Origin: Mobula hypostoma
Taxonomy: Eukaryota
Direction: 5' to 3'
Length of the DNA: 64,000 nucleotides
NCBI RefSeq assembly: GCF_963921235.1
Contig: NC_086097.1
Coordinates: 167,154,001-167,218,000, forward strand
The notes beneath the pieces were generated by a model, which saw only the letters and a list, made by a program, of their open reading frames with translations, was not told the origin of the DNA and made no database searches. The translations under genes and the position numbers were made by a program. Below are positions 11,704 to 23,562 of the stretch, piece by piece. Every line of letters starts with the position of its first letter. The first letter of the stretch is position 1.

Positions 11704-12480
11704 CAGTGGATTACAGTTAATTGGAACACACTGGGAGCAGTACATTTTGGCCAATGAAGCAGCTGCCTGAATTAGCCAACGTTTCATTCAAGTAGTTAAA
11801 AAAAAAATTAAAAGACAATCTAATGTTTAACTGAGTAAAAAGTTATAGATTTAAATGAAATACAAAACAAATTAGAACACCTCTAATGCTACCGCAGTAC
11901 GATAAAAATGGGTATTAGTTCCTAATAGTTATTGACGGACGAATTCATCCACTGTACACGGTCATGTATGGGGTGTCCAAGCAGGGTTAGTACATCTGGT
12001 GAAAAGGTTCGTGTCCATTCTGGAGCATCTAGTGCTGATAATAGACTACCTTCATACAATGCTTCTGATGATTGCATCCTCCAAGTCTTCATTTTTATTG
12101 TAACATTCAAGATGATTGTCAATACCTTCAAATTCTTCATAGTGCCTAACTTGTTGAAGTAGTTAAATAATTTCATTTTCCCTCCCTGTTATTTCTGACA
12201 TCTCCAAGCCAGAACGCTTGAAACCGCAGAAGCAAAACAGTTCTGACTTACTGTTTACTTCTAGCTAATTAGCAGTGACAAAAATCACTCTAAACATGGT
12301 GAAGTGTCTAAAGCCACACGAGTTCACACAACTGACACAAGTTAGTAACTGTTCAGCAACAGTCTCCCATTCAAATAAGCAGCATGAAAGAAATTCTGAA
12401 TTAGATGTTGTTCTTTCAGAGTTGTCCCAAATAAGCTGCTGCCCCGATTAACCAATGGATCAATTAATCAGAATTCACTG
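11704..12480 (-). mobile_element. Tigger/pogo-like non-autonomous DNA transposon
   Basis: TA|CAGTGGATTACAGTTAATTGG ... CAATTAATCAGAATTCACTG|TA gives inverted termini with a TA TSD. An acidic Tigger-like C-terminal remnant (YEEFEGIDNHLECYNKNEDLEDAII) lies on the minus strand at ~12060-12145. Confidence 0.75.
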
Positions 12481-12585
12481 TAAGGGATCAATTACAATTT
12501 TTCTTTAAAATACAGATCTGCTGTTATAAAAGTAATTTGCAATATAAACTTATGCAGCATAGATAAGGGGTAACTATGCCATTTA

Positions 12586-14155
12586 CAGAGCCTTGAAAAA
12601 GTATTCAGCTCTCAACCCTTTGTTCACATATGAGTATTACAACCAGGGATTTTGATCAATTTAACTGAGAATTTTTATTTGTGAATCACATGCTTCTTCT
12701 TGCTCAGTTGAGCCCAAAAAAACAGAAAATTATAAAACATGAAAAACTAAAAATTCAAAAAGTGAAAAGTTAGCAGGTCTGCAGTATCCACCCCGCTTGC
12801 TCAGTATCTAGCTCACAGGTTCAAGGGTTCACTTATTATCTAAGTATACATCTCTGAAATTCTTATTCTCCAGATATCCACAAAACCAAGAAAGAAAAGA
12901 ATGGCAGCACAATCATCAACCCTGAAATCTCTCCTCCTCCACACACAAGAAAATTAGAAAGATCAGACGAAAAACACAGAAAACAAAAAAAAAATGCACG
13001 ACTGGGAAAGAAAGTCCAAGTCCACATCCAAAATGCAGAAAACCTGGACAACATTCTCCCTCTCCGTAGCAGAGTGATCCAGCAATAAAATGGCAGGCAG
13101 CTGGTGTTTCAATCTCCCTCGTCGCTTGAATTGGTGAACAATGGAAGCTTTAGTAGGTGAAATAGAGTCAAACTTCAGCTCACAGCTTCTTGCCACAAGG
13201 TTCCCACACGTTGCCTTTACCTTCCAGAATCTGCTCGGTGACTGCACCCAAACGATCTCCAAACTGCAAATCACAGGCTTCAACAGTTCCAGAATCACAT
13301 TCAAGATGAAAAACAAATAAGAAGGTATAAAAGAATTGAAATATACAGTTTCATGATTTACCCAGAAGATGTCAACCAAAGGAGCACTGTACACAGGTGC
13401 CATCGTGAACAGAAGTTGAACCGCCTCTTGTAGCTATTATAGTCAGTATTCTTTTTGGACAAGTCTCTATTAGCTTAGCGCAATGTGGTGGAGCAAGATT
13501 TGCACATTCCTACCTGCAAAATTGCTCAAGCTGTGCCAAGTTAGTTAGGGAGCAGTAGTGGACAGCAATCTTAAGTCTTGCCAGAGATGTTCAATTGGAT
13601 TAAGGTCAGGATCCTGACTGGGCCTCTCAAGGACATCAATTTTCTTTATTTGAAGCCATTCCATGGTTGCTCTGGCAGTATGCTTTGGGTTGATGTCCTT
13701 CTGAAAGACAAACTTCCTCCCCCAGTTTGAGCTTTCTGGTAGAAGCTAGCAGGTCTTTATCCAGGACCCCTCTGTACTTAGCAGTGTTCATCTTCTCATC
13801 AATCCTGACCAGATCTCTAGGCTGTGCTACAGAAAAGCATGATGCTACCTCTACCATACTTTACAGTAAGGATGGTGTTACCGGGCTGATGTGCAGTATT
13901 AGATTTATACCACACGTACTGTTAGAGAAAAAGCATATCCATGCCTGTATAGTCTTTGCAAAACATCACTTAGATGAAACTGTAAAAAATGTGGAAGAAG
14001 GTTTTGTGGTCGGATGAGACTAAAGTGAAAATTAAGCAGTAAATTAAGCGGCATAAATCGAATACTGTGCATCAGCCAGATAACGCCATTCTTATAAAGT
14101 ATGGTGGAGGCAGTATTATACCACAGGGATGCTTTTCAGCAGCAGGGACTGAAAA
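12586..14155. mobile_element. Rearranged Tc1 transposon remnant, interrupted at ~12810-13415 by another repeat
   Basis: Tc1-type terminus TA|CAGAGCCTTGAAAAAGTATTCA. Minus-strand transposase remnant at ~13420-13920 ([25 protein letters not shown]). Plus-strand remnant at ~13950-14155 (VLWSDETK-like and KYGGGSI..GCFSAAG). Confidence 0.75.
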
Positions 14156-17100
14156 TCAGAGTACAAGCCCTTCAGCCTGCAATGTTGTGCCAACCTTTTA
14201 ACTTACTCCAATCTAACCTTTCTCTACCATATATCCTTCCATTTTTCTTTCATCCATGTGCATATCTACAGCTTTTCAAATGTCCCTAATGTATCTGTCT
14301 CTACCACCACTCCTGGCAGGAGTTCCACGCACCCACCACCATTCTGTGTTGAAAAACCTACCACTGACATCCCGTCTATACTTCACTCCAATCAGCTTAA
14401 AAACATGCCCTCTCGTATTAGCCATTGCCACCTGGAAAAATAAAGTCTCTGGCTCTGTGGCTGTTCACTCTATCTATGCCTCTGTCAACTTTTACAGATG
14501 GTGGAGATTGTGGAATCAGATGCAATTGCTATGTTTAAGTAGAATTGAGGCAGACCCTTAAATAGGCAAGGCAAAAGAGGATACAGTCCTAATGCAGGCA
14601 AGTCAGATTGGTGTAGATGGGTGAAGAGGTGATATGTACATGGTGGGTCAAAGGATGTGTTTCAGTGCTGTACAACTCCAGGACAAAAATTAAGTAAAAT
14701 CTCACAATATTACTACAAAACAATGCATAAAAGGTTTTCTAGTTTTTACCATTGACATTCAACTGCTCCCTGATAATTAAGACAGGAAGTAGGCATGGAG
14801 TGGTACTTGCAGACAAAGCTGAAACTGGAGCCTGAACTAAGTGCAGACATTGAGGAGAACTCTAAAGTTTAAAGGAATGATAAATGATCTTGAAATAATT
14901 CTTACACATCTTGACATAATGAAGATTGCAAGGTTGGAGTATCCAGAACTAGCACACAGTGTCAGGGTAAAGTGGCAGCTGTTTTGGGCTAAGATTGAAA
15001 GTTAAAAGTTCAAAAGTAAATTTATTATCAAAGTACATATATGTCACTATACACAACCCTGAGATTCATTTTCTTGCAGCATATTTAGTAAATCGGATAA
15101 TCATAACAGAATCAATGAAAGATCATGCCAACAGGACAGACAAGCAAACAATGTGCAAAAGACAACAAACTGCAAATACAAAAAGGATAATAATAAAGCA
15201 ATTAATATCAAGAACATGAGATGAAGAGTCCTTGAAAGTGAAGAGAAACATTCAGTACATTGTGATCCTATGGAATTATCTAATCCAGGAAGAATGTACA
15301 GTACATAGCATATTCAGGATAAAGGCCAATAGATTTCTATACCAGAGACTCAGGAGACTGCAGAAGCTGGAATCCGGAGCAAAAATATGATTTAGAAAAC
15401 ACTCAAAAAAATTCTAAATGATTCAAGGAAAATGAGGAAAGGCTCATCTGATGTAGTTCAGGCATGCGTTAGTGCCGGGGTAAATCCTGCTCTTAGTTAG
15501 TGCTAAATCTTTTGCTCATATCTTCTTTAATGAATTGGCTATATTACTAATTATGCCCTGAGTTTTAACAGATAAGTGAGCCAAATTAAATCGCAATTGA
15601 GAATAACAGGGACTTAATGAGGAGGAAAGAATTACTGCATGTGCATCTGTCATTCAGTCAAATCAAATATTACCCTGTACTTCATCCACTTGCCTGCCTG
15701 ATCTGCATACCCTTAGCTTACCCTGGTTTCCAAAATCCTATCAATCTCACTCACGAGCATTCTTAATGCTCACACTTCTCTGGGGCAGAGTTCCACTATT
15801 GAAAATATCCCTCAGCTCCATCTTAAATGGATGATTTCACATCTTTCGGACATTGCAATGTACTAAAAATCTATTCATTGCCTTTGTTCATTAGATACTC
15901 TTACCTTAAAGATAAAAAGCACAGACAGTTCACTAGAAATAGTGAATGGAAAGAATGCAGATCCATCACTCCCGGTACACAGTTAGGAAAGGTTTAAAAG
16001 TATATGGATGAACTGGTGGCAAGTGGGATCAGCTCAGGGAGACAACTTAGTTAGCATGGACAAGATGAGCTAGAAGGTCTGTTTCTGGGCTCCCAAACTC
16101 CCTCAGTTCACTCATGTTCCACCACAATCTGTTGAAAATATACTCTATCACTTTAATATAAATTCTTGTTATTCCTTGTGAAAGAAACTAAAATTGTCTT
16201 TCCGTTCAATAGCTGCTGAAGACTCTTTTGTCCTTGTTGAAATAAACTACTCCAGTAGTAACAGCACACTGCCAACAGTTTTACTTCAGAAAAACTAATG
16301 CCTTTATGGACAAATCTCATGGGATGTTTTGGCTATGACTTACAACCCCTTTGAAAATTCAGACTGTGTATTAATTTTCAAGCCATTTGTGTTATTAAAT
16401 ACAAAATACACTGCAAAATGCAAAGGTATTTGTATCCAGCACACATTTTTCAGAAAATGCATGGCAAATAATCTTGAGTGTTGTGATTACCTGGCAACAT
16501 GTCACAGAGCCCAACGATACACTGTCTCAAAGAACCTCTAAATTTAAGAAATCTTGTTTGGAGAAAATTTACTAAATGGTGCTTGGTCTTGATTTTTTTC
16601 AGAGATCAAATTTAAGAAATTTTGCATAATTCTCGGGAGCTGGGAACTGAGTTAATGACATGGAATAACAGAGACTTGACTATGGCAAAAAGAGAAAGCC
16701 TTACATTTTTGTACAGCACCTTGCATGAGCAGAGACTATCCTAATGTGCATTGTGACCAGTGGTTGAAATGGACCCACAGCTGTAAATTCTCATTATGAA
16801 ATGAGTACAGATTATTTTATTTTGTTTAGAGATATAGAATGGAACAAGGCCTTTCATCCAGCAACACATCTATTTAACACTAGACTAAGACAAAACAATT
16901 TACAATGACCAATTAACCTACGACCTGGTACATCTTTGAAATGGGAGGAAATCAGTGCATCCAGGGGAAATGCACCCAGTCCAGGTAGAATATGCAAACT
17001 CCTTTTAAAGAACTTAAGGGCAAAGGACTGGAAGCAGAACCAATTATCAGCTAGAACCTTCCATCCTCATCTTCTCTCCAGTAATGGCAGTTACTGATTA

Positions 17101-18059
17101 GGTCATCAGTGTGGGCATTCTCAACTTTATATCCAATAGGGCAGGTGTCCAAGAAACTGGCCCCTCCACATTAAGAAATGGATCCAATACCTTATGATGC
17201 TAATTTATTTTTTTTAAAGAAAGAAAATTATTTGATGAATTCTAAGAACGGCTTGGCTCACTTCAGTTTCTAGAAATATAAATCAAATGGTTCACTCCAG
17301 TTACTAAAAAATGTACGGGATAAATTTAGGCATTATTGATAAAATAAAGTAATACATTTTTATCTAGTTTCATTTGCTGGGATTTTTAAAGAGGATGGGG
17401 TTATTTGGAAAATGCAATTTGCAATTGCATGGGTAATGAAGTCAGCAAAGCTTCATTTGTAAATTATGTTACGTACAATTCGCTATTTCATTTGGAAAGA
17501 GTGTGTGGAGATTCCACACAGTGGAAGAGTAAAGAACTGATGTTGGACGTTGTGTATTTATAATGATGCAGAAAGACACACAAGAGATTCAGCAGATGCA
17601 TGAAATCTGGCCCAACACACACACAGAATGCTGAAAGTACTCAGCGAGTCAGGCAGGAAAATGAACAGACAGCATCCTGGGCCGAGATCCTTCATTAAGG
17701 TGCAAGTTTAAAACATCGGCTTTTGTTTTCTTCCATAGATGCTCACTACCCGATTTCCTCCAGCATTTTTAGTGTACTGATCCTGATGCAGGAAGATGTG
17801 TCAAAAGAAGAGATGGTACTGTTGCTTGCATTGGAATATCAGCATTAAGGAAGGTCCAGGCCTATGGGAATACAAAGAGGATATCAGAGATGCTTAGTGG
17901 AAGCATCACACTGGAGGTGCAGGAAATGACAGAGGTAAAGGGAACCTGGTGGAATGAACTAGAGAAAGCCCAACATGATTCTGGTAAAAAAAATTACTCA
18001 ATCTGCCCACACCCACTGATTTTCTGACCCTCAGCCTTGCCTCCACATCCCTTATTGAC

Positions 18060-18920
18060 AAGATCACAAGAAAGTAGGTGCAGGATTAGGTCACCTGGCC
18101 TCTCAAGCCTGCCCCACTATTGATATCAGATTAAAACATGTCTCTGCTCCTCTTTGTCAGCTCTCCACAAGCCTCAATTCACCAATCTTTCAAAAATTTA
18201 TCTCTCTTCATCTTAAATACTTCTAATGGACTAGCATTCACAACCCTCTGAGGTAGAGAAGTTCAGAGATTGATCACCCTCTATGCATAAACATTGCTAC
18301 ATACTTCAATTTTAAACATCCCACTGCTTATCTTGTAACCACATCCCCTTGTTTGATACTCTTGTATGAGTCAATACATCACAATAGCTACTGTCAAGCC
18401 CCTTCAGGACCTCTTGTGCATCAATAAGGTCACCCATCAGTCTTCTAATGGAAGGGATGGTAATCATTATGGACACTTAAACTGTCCTACCTCCCTTGAT
18501 TGGACAACCCCTTTCTTCCAGGAATTGACCTGGTGAATCTTCTTTGACTTGCCTCCAGTGCCACTGTTATCCTTGATTATATTGTAGGTGAGGAAATCAA
18601 AACTATGCGTAGAATTCAAGGTGTAGAGCCTCCCCAAAACCCTGCAGAATTGCAATAAAGCCTCCCATTTTTACAAACCAACCCCTTTGCAATAAAGGTC
18701 AAGTGCAGATTTCCTTCTTAATGATCGTCTAGACCTTCCCGCAAATCTTGCACAACTGACGCTCCAGAAGACTTAAGTCACTCAGCGCTTTACTCACTTT
18801 TACTCTCTCTCTCCATTTAAACAATAAACTACCTTTTGATTCCATCCATTGAAGTGCCTGGCCTCACCCTTTCCCACGTTGAGCTCCATTTACCAAGTCT
18901 TTTGCCCAATCACTCAATCT
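18060..18920 (-). mobile_element. Old CR1 LINE 3' fragment
   Basis: Degenerate reverse complement of the CR1 ORF2 C-terminus and 3' UTR, similar to the younger plus-strand copies at 26700-27800. Confidence 0.6.
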
Positions 18921-20203
18921 GTTTTATAAGGCTGCTTGTAATGGGTTTTAATAACCCTTGGCCTCTCTCCCCTATGAACTCTTGGATCCAGCACTGGCCT
19001 TGACTCATCTATCTTCCTTTGTATGTGCTGTGCTAGAACACTGTGGTTAGTGAAATCCTCACATTTTTGTTAGGCTTATTCATCAATGTGCGGCACCTTG
19101 GACTTCAAGCACGATTTAATCTTCAAGCAGCCAACACCCAAAGGATTGGCAGTAAGACACTCGGCAACTAATTAACACCAGTCAGTTCTCTGGCACCAAT
19201 ACTACTTGCAAAGCCAGAGGCAGAAAAGATTAATATAAAGTAATCAATAATTCATTTAATAAAGAATTCAGGAAAACATGTGGTATGCACTACCATAAAA
19301 AGTGGTTGAGGCAAGTGACATAACCGTGCTTAAAGAGAGATTTAAATGTTTAAATGTTCACAGTACAATCATCTAACCACAATTCTTCTGGCTTAGTAAT
19401 AATGTCCTATAATTTGTTGAAGCTCATTTCTGTTTTAATCCCTTAATTTGAAGCTGTCCACTGATGTTTAAGTCATTTATGTGGATAATGATCAACAATA
19501 ATTCCTGTGGAGCACCATTTATTCTTTTCTGTAAGTCTGAGTAACTAAGTATTTTTTTCTGTAACTAAACATTTAAAGAAGTTCTCTGTAACTAACACTT
19601 TTTTCTACACTCTATTGTTTTCCCTTGTACTACAATGCATGTTGTAAAGAAATTATCTGTTTGCAAGGCATACAAAACAAAAATTTTCACTGTAACTCAG
19701 AACATGTTATTGAACAAGAAAGAATGCAAAAAAGATTTACCAGAATGTTTTCTGAACTGGATGAGGTGCAACTTATAGAAGCAGACGACATCATGAGGGG
19801 CATAGAAAAGGTGAAAACACAGTTTTTCCCCAAAGAGAGGATGCTAAATAAAAGGGTATAGGTGTAAGATTAGAGGAGAGAGATTCAAAATGAGACATGG
19901 GAAAAGCTTGTTCACACAAAGTATATGGGCATTTGGACTGAGCTGATGGAAATAGTGGTTAAGGTGGGCGACTGAGTAGCATTTAAAAGCCATCCAAATA
20001 AACACACTGCCGAAATAAATAGCAACACACTGCCGAGGTTCTGCTAAAGGGTTTTGGCCTGAAACGTCTTTTCCTAGATGCTGCCTGGCCTGCTGAGTTC
20101 CTTCAGCATTTTGTGTATGTTGCTTGGATTTCCAGCATCTGTAGATTTTCTCTTGTTTGGATAGGACAGCTTTAGAGGGCAATGGGCTATCGCAGGAAGA
20201 TGG

Positions 20204-20413
20204 CACCACACATAAAAGTTGCTGGTGAACGCAGCAGGCCAGGCAGCATCTCTAGGAAGAGGTGCAGTCGACGTTTCAGGCCGAGACCCAAGGGTCTCGG
20301 CCTGAAACGTCGACCGCACCTCTTCCTAGAGATGCTGCCTGGCCTGCTGCGTTCACCAGCAACTTTTATGTGTGTTGCTTGAATTTCCAGCACCTGCAGA
20401 ATTCCTGTTGTTT
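20204..20413. mobile_element. Short palindromic PLE pLTR insertion
   Basis: 83-bp arms at 20207-20289 and 20292-20374 (one mismatch) around an AA spacer. The right arm continues into the PLE tail. 12-bp direct repeat GCAGGAAGATGG at 20192-20203 and 20414-20425. Confidence 0.9.
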
Positions 20414-20629
20414 GCAGGAAGATGGGACAGTTTCAGAGGACAGTGGGCCAAATGCAGGAAGATGGAACTAGTTTGCTGGGCAACACAGTCGATATGGATG
20501 AGTTGGGCTGTAGGACCCATTTCCACACTGTACGACTCTGTCACAATAATAAAGCAATTTACCAATTTATCCCCAATCTCTACATTGAATTTTATTATCC
20601 AGTGCACCAAGGAAGAATAGTCAAGGAAA

Positions 20630-20790
20630 CTCTCGGTTAGTGCTGCTGCCTCTCAGTTTCAACAAACTTGGTTTGATCCTGACCTCCAGTGCTGCCTGCT
20701 ACCACATTCTCTCTGGGTCCATGATGCTCTAGCCTCTTCCCACATCCCAATGATGTGCTGGTAGGTTAGTAGGCAAACCTTGTTGTGGAT
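20630..20790 (+). mobile_element. V-SINE/HE1-like tRNA-derived SINE (decayed); similar copies at ~23870-24250 (-), ~39640-39800 (-), ~47010-47310 (+), ~54420-54620 (+)
   Basis: tRNA-like head ggttagtgctgctgcctc..ggtttgatcctgacc and V-domain-like ttcccacatcccaatgatgtgctggtaggttag. Confidence 0.6.
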
Positions 20791-22335
20791 TAATAGCTTA
20801 AAAAATGGAGTTGATGAGCATGTGTGAGAAAGAGCACGCTGCAGAAAATAAAAAGAACAAAACATCCACTGGGAATTAGTATTGACCAGATGAGCCAAGT
20901 AGGCTTGTGCAGTAAAGGAACTGCAGATGCTTGAAATCCAAAATAAAAGCAGAAAGTGCCACTATCTCACACACTCTGACCTACCCTTGCATTATACTTC
21001 AACCTAACAACTGCCTGTGGCAACAGTATTAAATTCTTTCCCTAAACTATTGCCCCATTTCTTTCGAGCCTGCCCTCTCCAACCCATGACCCTTAACCAT
21101 GGCTATCTTCTGTTGTTGTCATCCAGTTTCCTCCTCTGCTCTGATCTCCACTTATTTCTTATACAGAGAGCCTTAGAATATTTACCTGCAGGATGTGGTC
21201 AGTGGCTAAAACTGTCAATTTGTGAAATTCCTTTTCCCTGTACATCTACTCAACTATTTTGTCACATTGTAGTATTACACAGCGTGGAAACAAGCCATTC
21301 AACGCAGCCCATCCAAAGCCTCCACAGGTTATTCCTTTACACTTGCTATTTTTATAGAATGCCTTTAGATTTCTGGTGATCCTTCTTCACCTTTTAATTT
21401 CCTTCGTAGGCACCACTTTTTAAACTCATAACAGGCCTCTAAAGCCACAAGTGCCCCATTCATTTTTAATCTTTATCTAACCCTCAATCTCAGTTGACAT
21501 CCAAAGTTCCCTAAACTTATTACCCTTGGTTTAAGAACCTTACAGGAACATATTGGCCTTGAACTCAAGCGATTTCTCTTGTAAACACTTCCTTGATTCC
21601 TGTGATTTCTTGCCAGCAGGCCTATTTTCACCAGATGAGAATATCTGTCTTATTGTTTATGTCATTTCATCCTTATGTGCAGCAATTTTCAGGAGCTAAA
21701 GCCAAATCATTTTACCCTTGAACTCTTTGTGGGATTCTTAAGGAATAAGATGCTTAGACATGGGCTAGACAGGAAATAGCAGAGATTTCAAACCCTCCAC
21801 ACGTACAGACTAATGTGCAACAGATTAAATTTATAAGCAACTAAACACAAACAGTGAGTCCTCTACCCACTTAATCTGTAGTCAGAATGCAGAAGGAAAG
21901 ATACATTGCACCATTATTCACATCCCAGAGAATACTTGAGAATGATGCTGATACATTACCACCTGATGCACATCATAGTTATTGAGAAACTATTTTCATA
22001 ATGTGGTTATCCCTTGTTGAGTTTTATGAGGGCAACTAGGTATCTTTTAACATAATCAGCAGGCTTGAAATATTAGCTTCCCTGTAAACCATACAGAATA
22101 AACAAGCGAAACAAACAGTATTAAGACAATAAGAAGAACGCAGAGTTAGAAAAATGTTCTTGGCTGTAAATCTTCTGAATATATACCCATGGATAAAATA
22201 CTTTTTTGCATAGTAAAACATACTAGTTTCCTGGTCCATGCTTTCCTGCCTGTGAAATTAACAGATTCTAACACGAGGACTGAGAATCTATGTATATGAT
22301 GCTTGTGTTGCTAAAAGTGCAGGAAGAGAACTTCA

Positions 22336-23562
22336 TAGTCATAGTCATACTTTATTGATCCCGGGGGAAATTGGTTTTCGTTACAGTTACACCATAAATA
22401 ATAAATAGTAATAGAACCATAAATAGTTAAATAGTAATATGTGAATTATGCCAGTAAATTATGAAATAAGTCCAGGACCAGCCTATTGGCTCAGGGTGTC
22501 TGACCCTCCAAGGGAGGAGTTGTAAAGTTTGATGGCCACAGGCAGGAATGACTTCCTATGACGCTCTGTGCTGCATCTCAGAGGAATGAGTCTCTGGCTG
22601 AATGTACTCCTGTGCCCACCCAGTACATTATGTAGTGGATGGGAGACATTAACCAAGATGGCATGCAACTTGGACAGCATCCTCTTTTCAGACACCACCG
22701 TCAGAGAGTCCAGTTCCATCCCCACAACATCACTGGCCTTACGAATGAGTTTGTTGATTCTGTTGGCGTCTGCTACCCTCAGCCTGCTGCCCCAGCACAC
22801 AACAGCAAACATGATCGCACTGGCCACCACAGACTCGTAGAACATCCTCAGCATCGTCCGACAGATGTTAAAGGACCTCAGTCTCCTCAGGAAATAGAGA
22901 CGGCTCTGACCCTTCTTGTAGACAGGCTCAGTGTTCTTTGACCAGTCCAGTTTATTGTCAATTCATATCCCCAGGTATTTGTAATCCTCCACCATGTCCA
23001 CACTGACCCCCTGGATGGAAACAGGGGTCACCGGTACCTTAGCTCTCCTCAGGTCTACCACCAGCTCCTTAGTCTTTTTCACATTAAGCTGCAGATAATT
23101 CTGCTCACACCATGTGACAAAGTTTCCTACTGTAGCCCTGTACTCAGCCTCATCTCCCTTGCTGATGAATCCAACTATGGCAAAGTCATCCAAAAACTTC
23201 TGAAGATGACAAGACTCTGTGCAGCAGTTGAAGTCCGAGGTGTAAATGGTGAAGAGAAAAGGAGAGGAGACAGTCCCCTGTGGAGCCCCAGTGCTGCTGA
23301 TCACTCTGTCGGACACACAGTGTTGCAAGCACACGTACTGTGGTCTGCTAATCAGGTAATCAAGAATCCATCACACCAGGAAAGCATCCACCTGCATCGC
23401 TGTCAGCTTCTCCCCCAGCAGAGCAGGGCGGATGGTGTTGAACGTACTGGAGAAGACAAAAAACATGACCCTCACAGTGCTTGCTGGCTTGTCCAGGTGG
23501 GCGTGGATACAGTTCAGCAGGAAGACGATGGCATCCTCAACTCCTAGTCGGGGCTGGTAGGC
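22336..23562 (-). mobile_element. Rex1/Babar non-LTR retrotransposon, 5'-truncated, young
   Basis: Minus-strand ORFs give FAYQPRLGVEDAI, VRVMF..FSSTFNTI, GAPQGTV.SP.LFTIYT, LQKF.DD, LNVKKTKELVVD, YKYLG and FYESVVASAI. A (catagt)n tail sits at ~22334. GAACTTCA is repeated at 22328-22335 and 23563-23570. Confidence 0.92.

Noticed and set aside
15905..15932. 28-nt minus-strand micro-exon (ELSVLFIFK) ending AAG|gtaaga
   Set aside because: Too short to distinguish from chance without transcript data.
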